Assembly: GCA_028534125.1 (NCBI GenBank)
Contig: CM052823.1
Span: 2,604,001-2,668,000, forward strand
DNA from: Lama glama
Taxonomy: Eukaryota
Length of the DNA: 64,000 nt
Direction of reading: 5' to 3'
The notes under the pieces were generated by a model, which saw only the letters and a list, made by a program, of their open reading frames with translations, was not told the origin of the DNA and ran no database searches. How positions within the stretch are numbered: the first letter of the stretch is position 1; each line of letters opens with the position of its first letter. Positions 1 through 11,496 of this stretch are shown piece by piece. Position numbers and translations under genes: made by a program.

Positions 1-560
1 TGGGCGTTGGGGCGGGGCGAGCCGCACGCCTGTTGCCATGGAGATGCCTGTGCCGTCACACAGGTCTGCCCGTCCCCCTCCACTCAGTGGTGATCCCTCT
101 GGGAGCAAAGTGGACGTACCGTTCAGAAGGTGAGTCTGCAGCGCCGGTCCTGTGCCCTGCGCAGCCGACGCGCGCATGCCGACCCCAGCTGCCCCGGATG
201 AGCCTCGCCGCCGCGCCAGCTTCCCCTGCGCAGGAGTCCCGCGGGCCCCAGCTTGAGTAACACGACCTCAGGCTCAGGAGCCGGTTCCTCGCTACGCCCA
301 GAGGCTGACTGCGGCGCTGCTCTCCTGGGAGCAGGGGGAGCTGCGGCCCAGCCCCTCCGTCTCGGGCCGGTGGGCGCAGGTGCCCCTCCAGGTGCGCGCG
401 CCCCGCACGAGGTGCTGCCGCCTGCTCCCCCCTACCCCGCTCCTGTCCAGTGTAAAGCCGCGCGGGCCGGATTCGGACGCGGTGGGCCTCCTCCACGGAG
501 AAGAGACCCCAGCGGCCAGGAGGGGCGGAGGCAGCCAAGCCCAGACGCCGCGTGGGGTCC
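1..560. promoter_or_regulatory. CpG-island-like promoter region of the candidate + strand gene
   Basis: Dense CpG; GC box GGGGCGGGGC near 9-18; X-box-like GTTGCCATGGAGAT at 32-45; NRF1-like GCGCATGC at 172-179; consensus donor AAG|GTGAGT at 129/130. Confidence 0.65.
38..129 (+). CDS. Candidate exon 1 of uncharacterised + strand gene (may be partly 5' UTR)
   Basis: gccATGG Kozak context at 38; open frame MEMPVPSHRS...VPFR; donor AAG|GTGAGT; ends in phase 2. Confidence 0.45.
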
Positions 561-1205
561 CTGCCCTGTGGCAGGAGGACCGTGGCCGTCTGGTGGAGGT
601 GGGGGGTGGGCTGTGCCCTGAGGGAGTGAAGAGCCCCCACCGTGAGAATGGGCGTGTCGTTGCTTTGCCGTAGGGGGCGCCTTGGGTGCCCTGAGGTGTG
701 AGGATGGTGCCCTCCTCCCTGGGGCCGGGATCCCTGCCTCACAGTCCCCTTTTCTTTCCCTTTATGGGGAAACATCTGTTGTCCCTCTCCTGGCTCCAGG
801 AGCCAGGCCTGCGGGGTGGGGAGATCCTGGCGTGAGGTGGGGGCCCATGGGGGAGGTCCCTCCAGTGCCCCCGGCATGAGCGGGCATTGAGAAGGGGCAC
901 CCCCGGCCCGTGTCCGAGACAGAGTGGCCTGGGCCAGCTCTGACCACGGGAAGGGCCACCCTCCTTGTCCCTGGGACCGCAAGCAGCCTGTACTTGGGAA
1001 GTCTGGACAACGACCCCCACTGCCCCAAACCCACAGGAGAATTCCAGGACACCTGGGAATTAACCTGGCGTTAATTAACGCCTGCATGCAAAGCTACATA
1101 GTGTATTTCCAAAATAAAATATTCTAAACTGTAGTTTCCTCCAGACAAACTGATTTAAAATAAGAAAATTCGGATGGCCCTGTGCTTTTCTGTGAGTCCC
1201 TTCAG

Positions 1206-1305
1206 GCTGCACAGGAACTCTTCTGTGTTGGTTGTAGAACTTCGTGATCTGATGGATTCTGAGGCAAGCCCTGGAGCTTTGGAGAGGCTGACCTGCACGT
1301 ACAAG
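1206..1305 (+). CDS. Candidate exon 2 of uncharacterised + strand gene
   Basis: cccttcag| acceptor and AAG|gtaaag donor; 100 nt, open in the phase left by exon 1 (LHRNSSVLVVELRDLMDSEASPGALERLTCTYK); in-frame ATG at 1252. Confidence 0.55.
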
Positions 1306-2860
1306 GTAAAGTGAGACATGGCCACACCTCAAACAGTGTTTTCCTTTACAGCTTGGTCAACATTGTCTTGACCTGGAGCTGTAAGTTTTGACCTGTTTTT
1401 CAGATGGCATTAAAGGACAGGGGATTGAAAAATGGAACGATATATCCACTGTGATTCCTTTTACCTTTATATCTCAGAAGAATTGTACCAAAAAGTGTCT
1501 GGTCAAAATAACACCAAGTCTGGTATGAAGGTGTCAGTCTTAAAAGTTAATCCTGGAGAAAAAAAAAAGAAGAAAGACCCACTCCTCCCACACCTGGTGA
1601 TTTGTGCATGAAAATGCAGACCTTAATGTCCCCTCGAAGGGCCTGACCATACACGGGGCAGGACGCACTTCTCTGGAGCCTCCGTCGTTGTCCCGTGTGC
1701 AGTTAGGCACGGGGGATAACAGTCTCCTGACTTCCCTTGAATCATATTTCCTGGGCACCTACCCGGGCCCGGGGACGGGAGTGGAAATGGTGAAGGCAGC
1801 CTTGGAAGGTGTCCACATCCAGGACTGTTCCTTGTCAGAGAGAGAGTGTGTGTGCACCGCTCAGGGGGTTATCTTTAGAAATTCGGCTGTCAAAGACTCC
1901 CTGCTCTCCCGGGTTCCTGGTCCAGGAAACGTGCTCAGATATTTGAAGCTTCAACCAGATCTTTATTTCAAGTGCATAGAAAACGACTTTGCCTCCTGGG
2001 AAAGCGCAGGCCATTTCCACGACTGCCGACTGGCACCTGAATTAAGGGAGTTGTCCTAGCACTTCTGGAGAAAGAGGAGTTTGAGGCCTCCTTCAGGACA
2101 GATTTTATTGTAAGGAAAGGATGCCTGTTCTTGAACTAGAATTGTTGCTTAATTGTTGAATATTGTAAAGTGAGAACTTTTTGAATGCGCTTTTCCTTTC
2201 AAGTGGGAAGTGCAAAATTGAGTTAAGCACTGACCGAGGCCAGCTTAGAGGTCCCGAGCTCTGAATCCTGAATCCCAGCGTCCCCTGCGCCTAGGTTTGC
2301 GAAGCTCCTCTTCTAAAGACCATGTTGCACCTGCTTTGTTCTTTTCTCCAGACCAATGTCCCTCTCTCCCAGCTCCTCTTCTCTCAGAAGCTGGCTCTCT
2401 GGACTTCGCCTCCACCTTCTGTCTGCGGTGCCTGCTCCTGGATGCTCCTGGACTCCAGGTAGGAACCCTCAGAGGTGGTTCAGTTGGGGACCTGGCTTGT
2501 CCCCCCAGGGCCACTTCCCCTGGGGGTGGCATCAGGGGTGGAGTGACCAGGGGCTGGAGCAGGTGCAGAGATGGGGAGGAAGCCACCCCAGTCTCTGGGG
2601 CTCTGGACTGTTTCCAGAAGGTCCTGGCCCAGTGTCTTTCCTCTTCCTGCCTTGTTGGCAGGCATTTAATTTTTATTATTATAAATTTTTTTTGCTATGA
2701 TCCAGTGTTTCACTGATGCATTAAAGCACTCTATTGACAAAGTGAATTTTTTAAATCTTCATTATGAAAATTTGCCCAGTGTTCAACTGGTAACAGATGT
2801 CAAATTACCACGTTGACCCTTTGCCATCTGGCATTTAGTACATTAACCAGCAAACGCAGA

Positions 2861-3010
2861 GGGGAGGGTATAGCTCAGCGGTAGTGTGCGTGCTTAGCAT
2901 GCATGAGGTCCTGGGTTCAATCCTCTGTATGTACATACATTCATACATGCGTACACAAACAAATAAAAATTATATCCCCCACAATCCCCCACAAAACAAA
3001 GCAAAAAACC
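2861..3010 (+). mobile_element. tRNA-derived SINE (vic-1-like)
   Basis: GGGGAGGGTATAGCTCAGCGGTAG...GGTCCTGGGTTCAATCC with A and B boxes and an A-rich tail. Confidence 0.85.
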
Positions 3011-3978
3011 CTCCCAGCAAATGATGCCAGAAGAGGCTAGTGACAGAAACAGCCTCTCACCTTCCATTTGGGCTTTTCCATCCTCTCCGGAGTGATCACA
3101 GCTGTGCGAAGCTGCGGGCCTGGTGGGCAGGAGGGAGGGGCTGGGACAGGTCGGAAGGCAGAACCAAGGACGGGCCAGAAATCGGTTTGCTTCTCCCTCA
3201 CTTTTCCACTTTAAAACCCCAGGTTACCAGGCTGTGACTTCTTGACAGCTGTGGGGTCATTCTGTGAAAATGACCTTTTCCCAGGTGGGCCCTGGAATTG
3301 TTTCTTTTTTTTTTTTATTCTGACAATATACTCAATATATTTCCTTTTATATTTTTGAAGGATACATTCTAAAACTCAGATACCGCATTGAAGAGTGATG
3401 CCTTTAAAACGTGGACCCACGCGTCCACCCAAACTGTCCTCTTCCTTTACTCTCTGTTTCTTACCAGTCAGGGTAGTTCCCGCCACGTCTCGGGAATACT
3501 GCCACTTTAAATGATTGAAATTCATGTAGCCAAAGCTGAACTCAGGATAACTTCACGCCTAACCGAGTCTTTTGCCATCCTCCGTGCTTTAGTGTTTGAC
3601 CATAGCTTCCCCTGGCCAGGAGGGGTCTCTCTCCTCCCTCAAAGAGTTGACAGCGCTGTGATCTGCTCTTGCTCTTTTGAAGTGCAGGAGAAAAGAACAG
3701 AATTCTTTAGGATCACTTTTCTCCGAGTACCAACCCTTGTACTTAATAGGGTTCCTGCGTTTCCTACAGCTGCGGTGACAAACCACCAGCCTGGGTGGCT
3801 TCACACAACAGATTTATCCTCTGGAAGTTTTTAGAGGCCAGAAGTCCGAAATCCAGGTGTTGGTTAGATGTTGCCTCTGGACTCTGTTCCAGGCCTCTCT
3901 CCAGCTTCTGGTGGCCGCTGGACACCTTGGGCTTGTGGTCTCATCCCTCCAATCTCTGCTTTCTTTTCACACCACCTC

Positions 3979-4050
3979 TGTGTGTGTGTGTGTGTGTGTG
4001 TGCGCGCACGCGCGAGCATGTGTGTGTGCGTGCACGCGCATGTGTGTGTG
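3979..4050. repeat. (TG)n/(CG)n microsatellite
   Basis: Direct observation. Confidence 0.95.
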
Positions 4051-4059
4051 AAAGCTCTC

Positions 4060-4885
4060 TTTTAAATTGAAGTCTAGTTGATTTACAATGTTACATTAGT
4101 TTCTGTCATACAGCAAAGTGATTCAGTTATACATATGTATATTCTTTTTCATATTATCTCCCATTATAGTTTATTACAAGAAATTGAATATAGTTCCCTG
4201 TGCTCTACAGGAGGTCCTTGTTGTTTATTTTATATACAGTAGTGTGTATCTGTTAGTCCCAAACTCCTAATTTGTCCACCCCTCCACTTCCCCCTCTGGT
4301 AACCATACTTTGCTTTCTATGTTTGTGAGTCTATTTCTGGTTTGTAAATAAGTTTATTTATGTCATTTATTTTTTAGATTCCACATGTGATATCATATGA
4401 TATTTGTCTTTCTGTCGACAAATATCATATATCACATGTGGAATCTAAAAAATGCACTTCACTTGGTATGATAATTTCTAGATCCAACCATTTGCTGCAA
4501 ATGGCATTATTTCATTCATTTTTTATGGCTGAGTAATATTCCATTATATAAATATACCACTTCATTGTTATCCAGTCATCTGTCAGTGGACATTTAGGTT
4601 GCTTCCATGCCTTGGCTATTGTAAATAGTGCTGCTATGAACATTGAGGTGCATGTGTCTTTTTGAATTAGAGTTTCTGTCTTTTCTNNNNNNNNNNNNNN
4701 NNNNNNNNNNNNNNNNNNNNNNNNNNNNNNNNNNNNNNNNNNNNNNNNNNNNNNNNNNNNNNNNNNNNNNNNNNNNNNNNNNNNNNNNNNNNNNNNNNNN
4801 NNNNNNNNNNNNNNNNNNNNNNNNNNNNNNNNNNATATTATTATTTGTGGACTTTTTGATGATGGCCATTTTGACTGGTATAAGG
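4060..4885 (-). mobile_element. 5'-truncated LINE-1 (3' UTR and ORF2 C-terminus)
   Basis: TTGAAGTCTAGTTGATTTACAATG 3' end; minus frame PVKMAIIKKSTNN resembles the L1 ORF2 tail. Confidence 0.9.
4687..4834. other. Assembly gap (N run)
   Basis: 148 N inside the L1. Confidence 0.99.
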
Positions 4886-5734
4886 TCTCTCTTTATAAAG
4901 ATACCTGTCACTGGATGGATTTCGGGTCCACCCTAAATCCAGGGTGATCTCATCTTGGGACCCTTAATTACATCTCAAAGACCCTTTTTCTAAATAGGGT
5001 CACAGTCAGGTTCTGGGGTTTAGGTGTGGAACTATATTTTTGGGAGGCACCATTCAACCCAGTGCACAGGGCCTCCTGGGAGAATTTTGGACAAGACCAC
5101 GTGGCATGCAGACTTCCACCCCCGCGTGGATGGGGGACACTCATTTAAAATGTCCTCTCCCAGCGGCTGGGCACTCTGCGGGACGGCTGTTGGGGCTGGT
5201 CCTGGGGTGGGCCTCCAGGTGTGGGGGGGCTGTGGGGCTGGTCCTGGAGGGCCTCTGGGTACAGGGGTGCTTGGGTTTCTCTGAGGGGTATGGCTCGATA
5301 CCAGCTAAGTGTTCACAGCATTGTTCTTGGGGGAGGACGAGGGAGGGCAGGGCTCAGAGCAGGGAGGCCACTTAGGAGGCAGAGATGAGAAAGGCAGGGC
5401 CAGGGGAGTGGGGTACATGAGTTCTGGACTCCCCGGGAAGCAGGGTCCGCATGGCTGGTCACTGGACATGCAGTTTGGAAGAAGGGCAGGGTCAGGTGAT
5501 GGGAAAGTGTTTTTAGCTTGAGCAATGGGATGCTCAGAGGTGCCCTCCACGGAGCTGGGAGGACCCCCGTGTGGCTAGTTTTGGGAAGATCAGAGGTTTG
5601 CTCTTGGACGAGTCAACTTGGAAGAACTCACAGGAGACCCCAGAGGAGGCTGTCGTGGGGGCCTGGAGTGTGGAAACAGGGCCACGGTGGGGAGGTGGAA
5701 GCTTGGGGCCAGATGGCACGTGGGTGTGGCTTTA

Positions 5735-5835
5735 TGTGTGTGTGTGTGTGAACACGGATGTTTTGTGCGTGTGCACCTGCATGGGTGTGTGCGTGTGTTT
5801 GCACAAGCACATGTGTGTGCATACACAGGTGTGTG
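5735..5835. repeat. Degenerate (TG)n
   Basis: Direct observation. Confidence 0.8.
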
Positions 5836-6541
5836 TTCTGGGCAGAGGCTGGGTGGGCAGCCAGCACTCAGGGTTAGAGCTTAATGGACAGGACTTGCAG
5901 GCGATTTGGTGGCTCTGGGCAGAGCGGTGACTTCTGGACTCTGCTTTAGGGAATGTTCAGACAAACAACAGAAGAGGATCATAATGTTCTCCCAGCTTCG
6001 AGGCAGGAAGGCCTTTGTAGACACAGTGCAGCACCCTCACGGCACCTCCAGTGCCCCCTGGAGTTGTCACCTGGGTTAGACTGTAGAGGGAGGGGGATCG
6101 GGGAGGGGGTAGCCGCACAGCCCTGGGGGTAAATGTTATCCAGCTGGTGAGAGAGGGGAGGTGGTTGTAAAGAGGCCAAAAGAGATAAGGTGCAAAGTCA
6201 GCCGGTCGCTTGGAGTGACTGAACGGAGACGGGCTGGGCGATTCACTCCGACCTCCGGGGTGGGGAAGGGGCTGGGGAGCCTCCCAGGCCCGCTTTGACC
6301 TTGTTCAGGAAGACTGGGTGGCAGGATGTGGAACCAGGTGACTGCAGTGATAAAAGGTTTGCATTCAGGTGGGTCTCCAGTGCATCTGTGCAATGACGAG
6401 TTTTTAAAGGAACTTGTAAGGGTCCAGAGGGCGGAGGGAGGAGTCTTGGGTTGTTTGGCGTGTTTGCTTGTTTGCTCTGCTCGGCCAGGGGAGGCTGAGA
6501 TCTGGCCCTGTGGGGCCCAGGATGTTTCTGGGGTGGCGGCC

Positions 6542-6567
6542 TGTGTGTGTGTGTGTGTGTGTGTGTG
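6542..6567. repeat. (TG)n microsatellite
   Basis: Direct observation. Confidence 0.95.
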
Positions 6568-7169
6568 AGTTTGTGTAGGGGAGCACAGCCACACAGCAGG
6601 GTCTAGGACCCATTTGTGCCCTTGGCTTGTGCCTCTGGGCAAATCTGTTGTTCTCAGCCCCAGTTCCCCCAGCTGCAAACTGGCAGACATGCTTAGGCCG
6701 TCTGCAAGCTTCTATCTATCTATTGAATTCCTCTTGGCGTTAAAAAGTGGTACCAGACCTACACGGAGGGACTTCATTTACTTACTGTATATCGTTTAAT
6801 AGTTTTTTTTAACCATATGCATGAAATGCCTTTTTATTTAAACAAGTATATGAGAAGTCCTTTAACCTGGTGGGGGAAATGGGGAGGAAAGGGGGAGGGG
6901 ACCTGCTTCCTCCACTTGTTACAACTTCACTTTTTGGTACTTTTATCTAAACTCAGCTGAGAGAGAGTGCTAAGTGCCTCCCAGGCTGTGCTCCTTTGGA
7001 AATCAAAATGAGGCAGGTGTGGGCCCGTCAGAGGGACTCGGGAGCCAGCTGAGTGGACGGTGCGGTATTTATAACAACCCAAGGGTGAACTGAGCACGTC
7101 CACACTGACAGGTGCGGGAGCGAGTAAGTCAGGAAGTGGGAGAACCACCCAGGCTGAGGGGCTGATGGG

Positions 7170-7240
7170 GCTGCCCCCCCACCCCCTGGGTGCCAGGACA
7201 GCTGTGCCCCACCCCCCGGGCGTCAGGACAGCTGTCCCTC
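7170..7240. repeat. ~30-bp tandem repeat, a little over 2 copies
   Basis: GCTG..CCCCACCCCC.GGG.G.CAGGACA repeated. Confidence 0.7.
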
Positions 7241-7288
7241 CTGCTTGGGGGCTGCGCACAGATGCTTCTTCCCAAGAGGGTGAGTTTA

Positions 7289-7440
7289 GGGGTAGGGGAT
7301 AACTCAGCGGTGGAGTGTGTGCTCAGCATGCACAAGGTCCTGGGTTCAATCCTCAGTGGCTCTACTAAAAAATAATAGTAATAATAAATAAATAAATAAG
7401 CTAATTATGCCCCCCTCCAAAAAACCAAAACAAAACCAAA
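7289..7440 (+). mobile_element. tRNA-derived SINE (vic-1-like) with target-site duplication
   Basis: SINE body plus AAGAGGGTGAGTT (7274-7286) and AAGAGGACGAGTT (7439-7451). Confidence 0.88.
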
Positions 7441-7539
7441 GAGGACGAGTTGGAAAGGGAGGGAAGGTGACGGTACAGGGGAGAAGTCTGGCTGGCCTGG
7501 CCAGGTGACGGACACGTCATGGTGACAGCGCGGGTCCCT

Positions 7540-7820
7540 GATGCCCTGCGGTGAGAACACAGCTCACCACCGGGTCGCACTTCCCAAGTCCCTAACCCAA
7601 GGCGTTCATGAGAAAAACGCCAGATAAATCCCAGTCGAGGCACATCTTCCAGAATATTCCTCCCAACTGTCAAGGTCACCAAAAGCAAGGGAAGTCTGAG
7701 AAACCCTCGCGGCCAAGAGGAGCTCAAGGAGACGTGAACTAAACGTAACGTGGTGTCCTGGGTGGGATCCCGGGACAGGGACCACAGGAGGGGAAACTGG
7801 TGACACCTGAGTTTGCGGAC
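7540..7820 (+). mobile_element. Ancient L1 (L1MC/MD-like) 3' fragment
   Basis: AAGGAAGTCTGAGAAAC-like segment followed by GGAGACGTGAACTAAACGTAACGTGGTGTCCTGGGTGGGATCC, resembling an old L1 3' UTR. Confidence 0.6.
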
Positions 7821-8520
7821 TTCGGTTCCTTCCTAAAAACAACAGCAACAGAAGTGGATTTCTGGTTTTTGCTGGGAACCGTTTTAGCCTTTGAAGCGCT
7901 GCTCCGTATGATGCTTTAGGGTCTGGTTTGTAGCATTTCCTGTGTCTCTGAACTTTGGCCTCAGAACGGGGGTTCCCAGGGGTGCAGGCTGGGGGGCCTG
8001 AGTTTACTTGGGGGCTGGTGTGCGGCCGGTGTGCGGTGGGGATGGGCTGATTCCCAACAGGGCGGGAGGGACGCCCGCGGATCGGAGGGCGCCGGCGACA
8101 CGGGGCTGCAGGGAGCTCGGCAGCCTCTCCTCAGCGAGTCGTTCGCTGTTTCACTTTGATGGATGGCCTCTCTCTGCTTCCCTGTGGGAACAGGTCTTTT
8201 TTCTTTCTTTTTAAATTGTTGAATGTTTTTCACAACCTTGCGCTTCTCAGGAAAACTGAGTTTATGTCATTGTGGGCAAGTCAGTCCCCGGACTCAGCTT
8301 AAATTTCTCATCTATTAAAAAACAAAGTGGGTGGAGAACATGGGGGCCGGATCGGGGCACTCCCTGCTCTAATGTTCTAGAACCTTCATGTCAGCGACGT
8401 GTGACTTTCCCATGAGTGTCTGGGTGCACAGGGGCTTTCCTCAAACTGAAGTACGGGTGGTGCAGCATCCTCCCCACCACCAGCGGCCTGTGGCTTTCCT
8501 TTTAATTAAAAACAATTTGA

Positions 8521-8645
8521 GGTGGGGAAGGTATAGCTCAGTGGTAGGACATGTGCTTAGCATGCATGAGGTCCTGGGTTCAATCCCCAGTTCCTCCATT
8601 AAAGTAAAAAATAAAATAAAAAACCCCTAATTATCCCCTACAAGA
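8521..8645 (+). mobile_element. tRNA-derived SINE (vic-1-like)
   Basis: GGTATAGCTCAGTGGTAG...GGTTCAATCCCCAG plus A-rich tail. Confidence 0.88.
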
Positions 8646-9079
8646 AATTGTTTTTTTTAAACTGAAACCTCCCTGGATTTCTCTTACTGAGCTACACCTT
8701 CCAGTAAAATTCACCCCTTTTGACAGTAGCTCTGACTTTGGACAGATGAACCCGTGGAACAACCATGGAGACAAAACAGCTCCGTGGCTTCAGAAAGTTC
8801 CCTCCTGCCCTTGTGTGGTCGGCCCTCCCCCGACCCCTTGTCACCACTGGCCTGCGCATTGTCCCTGTGAACCTGTTTTTCACTTACGTGAAAGGTCCGT
8901 AAGCAGCTGAGCCGCGGCTGGTCTGAAGTCCGGCTGACCCAGCGGCATCCAGGCGGTGTTCAGCGTGGCCAGCAGCCGGGCCGGCTTCCAGAAGGGGCAG
9001 AGAAACGCTCCGGAGACTCAAGGTACCCCTGTGGGTGGGGAGGGGCGGCCTGAGGGGTGGAAGGAGCCAGAGCCCCAGA

Positions 9080-9143
9080 GCAGACCCCATGTCCCAGAGG
9101 GCAGACCCCATGTCCCCGAGGGAAGGACCCATGTCCCTGAAGG
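9080..9143. repeat. 21-bp minisatellite, 3 copies
   Basis: GCAGACCCCATGTCCCAGAGG-like units. Confidence 0.85.
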
Positions 9144-11001
9144 CAGAACACTTGCCTGGGCCCGACCCCTCCTTGGAATTAGTCTTCTTGGTGGTTCTTG
9201 GTGTCATATCTTTTCTCTTTTCCCAGCTGGGGGGTGTTCAAATTCCTGTCCTAATCTTCTAATCTTTTGATTAAGAACAAAACAAGGGTTGTTTTCCTGG
9301 CAGCCTGGTGTTGGGGGAGGGTTCTAGAATGTCTGATGCCAGCCCTGGCCTCTTCTCGGGGACCCTGAGTGAGGCCAGGCCCCTCCCGGGGCCCCAGCTT
9401 CTGCATCTGTGCAGAAGGGTTTGGGGCGGGTAATCTTCTGGCTTTGGGTTCAGAGCAAGGACCAGGAGCTGCGTAGAGCGGGGCCCTCCAGCTCTTCCCG
9501 ACACACCAGGGACTGGACCCAGCTGCAGTCTCTCTCCTGCCGCATTCCTGGCTCTCCCAGGTCTGCATTTCAGTCCTTCAAACCAAGCCCGCAAAGCGGT
9601 CCTCGGCCTGCTCCCGGCCTTCCTCGTTGACACCCACCGCGCAGGCCCGCCACCCGCGAGTATCAGCGAGGGAGGAACCACTGGCCTGGGCTGTGGAGCC
9701 CTGTCCCTTGCCCTTGAACGTGAAGCTGCCGTCCATCCCCTTTCATAGGAAGGATTCTTCAAGCCTCCTTTTGTCCCCCCAGGCCAATTGCAAGAAGAAC
9801 CACATGGACTTTGTTGAAGGTACCTGGAGAGAGGTATGTCACAAAACGAGCCAGAAACCGCTGCTGTCTTTGGGGAAAGGTGGGAACCCCCTGAAATCCA
9901 CGATCCCATAGGCCAGCCAAGGACAACTGTGCAAGCAGCCCTTTCTAAGGAGAGCCGTCTCAGGCCTGCCCTGTGAGTATTCTCTGCCCAGCGGTGTTAC
10001 TATATTTGAGGACAAACTTCACTTTATTGAAGTTGACTGTTTTTCCTCTTTCAGATGTTTTTTTCCTCTTTCAAACTTTTTAAATTAGACAAGACTGAAA
10101 GTAGTCTGCCTTAAAGATTGACAAGACCATAGGTTTGCGATGAATCTCAATCAAAATTAAATTCACTCTCGCTGGTCACACAGGTGTAGTTAATTCTGGC
10201 CTCACGGTGGTTTGAGACACCAGGGACCACTGATGAGCTGGGCCGGCATGCTGCTCAGTCATTCCGCCCGGACCCAGTGAAGAGCTGAGCTGCCAGGCAC
10301 CCCGGGGTTAGTGAGAACCGACCCTGCTGGCTCGTCTGCAGCGTGAGGCTGGGCGCTGGGGCTTCGGGGCCTCCAGGGATGCTCACTCCTCTGCCGGGGG
10401 GGGAGGTCACCAGAACAGGTGCCCAGTTCATGAATTCCACCTGTTCTGATATGTATCTGAAATGATTACAGCTGCCTGTAGTGTATGGTGATCATTTTCA
10501 CTTTTACCTTCTGGAATAAATGTGTCCACCATCCAAAGAGGAAAGAGCTCTCTCGGGAGCTTCTCATCCAAGTGAAAGGCCCCCAGGGGTCCCTGCTGAC
10601 TCTGCCCTGGGGTCCTCTCCGTGTGTATGACTGAGGCCGTGGGTCAGTGGGGTGGGAAGTGCCTGGAGGTGCACCCACGTGGAGTCGTGTGGATCCACCC
10701 CATGGCTTGCCAGTCTTCCCGGGGCCCTGTTAGCACTTCTGGAAGGAGCCCCAGTGCAGCTCGGGGTTGCCCATGGTTACCTGGACATGGTGCTGATGAG
10801 CTGCGGGCACTTTAGCTTTCCAGCCAAGCCCCTCAGTCCAAAGCACTGACTCAGGGGTAAAAGAAAGATCATTTGCAGGGCAGATCAGGCAAAATTTGTG
10901 TGTCAGTGGTGGAAGAAATACGTTATGCACGTAAGGGGTGTGTTCTATTTTATTCTTCTGCTGGAGACTGCTGGCTGGCTCAGAAGCGCTTTTGTCGTCA
11001 G

Positions 11002-11496
11002 TTCTTAGATCCTTACGACGGTGATTCGGAAGACACGCCCAGTCACTTCTCCTGCGGTTTCAATGACTGCTCTCTGGGTGACGTGAACTATGTGTCTCTG
11101 CACGCGCTCACATCCAGGAGTCCAGGGGAAGTGAGCCCCGAAGACCCCCTCTCACCGAACATCCCTGTCCTGGTGCTGCCAGCCGCCAGCTGGGACCCTG
11201 CATCCCTGGAGGCCAGCGACGTGGACATGCAGCCTGTGGGCACCAGCAGCCTGGAGGCGCAGGGGCGGGCAGCCAGGTTTCCCAGACCCTCAGCGGACCC
11301 GAGGATGATGGAGGAGGACCGGGCCCCCCCCCCGAGACTGGCAGACACACACCAGGCAGAGCCAGAGTGTCCTGGCCGCCACCCAGGCTCAGGACTGAGG
11401 AGAGGGGGCCCCAAGCTCTCATTCTCCAAGAGGAAACTGGAACTCTTACTTGCTGAGCTTGAGAGAAATAAGAGAAAGCAGCAGTATGGGGCCTAG
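11002..11496 (+). CDS. Main coding exon of uncharacterised + strand gene (possible orthologue of mouse 1700001K19Rik, by position only)
   Basis: Part of the 207-aa ORF 10873-11496 in non-repeat sequence. Phase-0 acceptors at 10983/10984 and 11001/11002 fit exon 2. Acidic Ser/Pro-rich body, basic C-terminus, donor GAG|GTGAGC at 11502/11503. Confidence 0.6.
   Translation, partial: FLDPYDGDSEDTPSHFSCGFNDCSLGDVNYVSLHALTSRSPGEVSPEDPLSPNIPVLVLPAASWDPASLEASDVDMQPVGTSSLEAQGRAARFPRPSADPRMMEEDRAPPPRLADTHQAEPECPGRHPGSGLRRGGPKLSFSKRKLELLLAELERNKRKQQYGA

Larger units (their letters stand above)
3746..5068 (-). mobile_element. MLT1-type (ERVL-MaLR) solo LTR split by a microsatellite and an L1 insertion
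   Basis: 3746-3975 and ~4885-5068 resemble the two halves of the MLT1 consensus (CTGGGTGGCTT..CAACAGA..TTTAT; TTAATTACATCT..AAAGACCCT..CATTCAACCC). Confidence 0.7.

Noticed and set aside
1067-1082. Perfect 16-bp palindrome GGCGTTAATTAACGCC
   Set aside because: About one such palindrome is expected by chance in 64 kb (64000/4^8).
56-1087. 343-aa minus-strand ORF
   Set aside because: Lies across a GC-rich CpG island where stops are rare; Pro/Gly/Arg-rich with no recognisable domain.
1404-1522. Possible extra exon after a tttttcag acceptor
   Set aside because: In the phase left by exon 1206-1305 it hits TGA after 16 codons; no other support.
2861-2935. tRNA-like sequences here and at 7289, 8521, 18269, 26294 and 55272
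   Set aside because: A-rich tails, target-site duplications and divergence show they are SINEs, not tRNA genes.
6087-6900. G-quadruplex-like G runs (6087-6110, 6872-6900)
   Set aside because: Common in GC-rich mammalian DNA, with no context suggesting function.
9080-9143. Short direct repeats as a CRISPR-like array
   Set aside because: Adjacent units with no unique spacers in a eukaryotic genome; an ordinary minisatellite.
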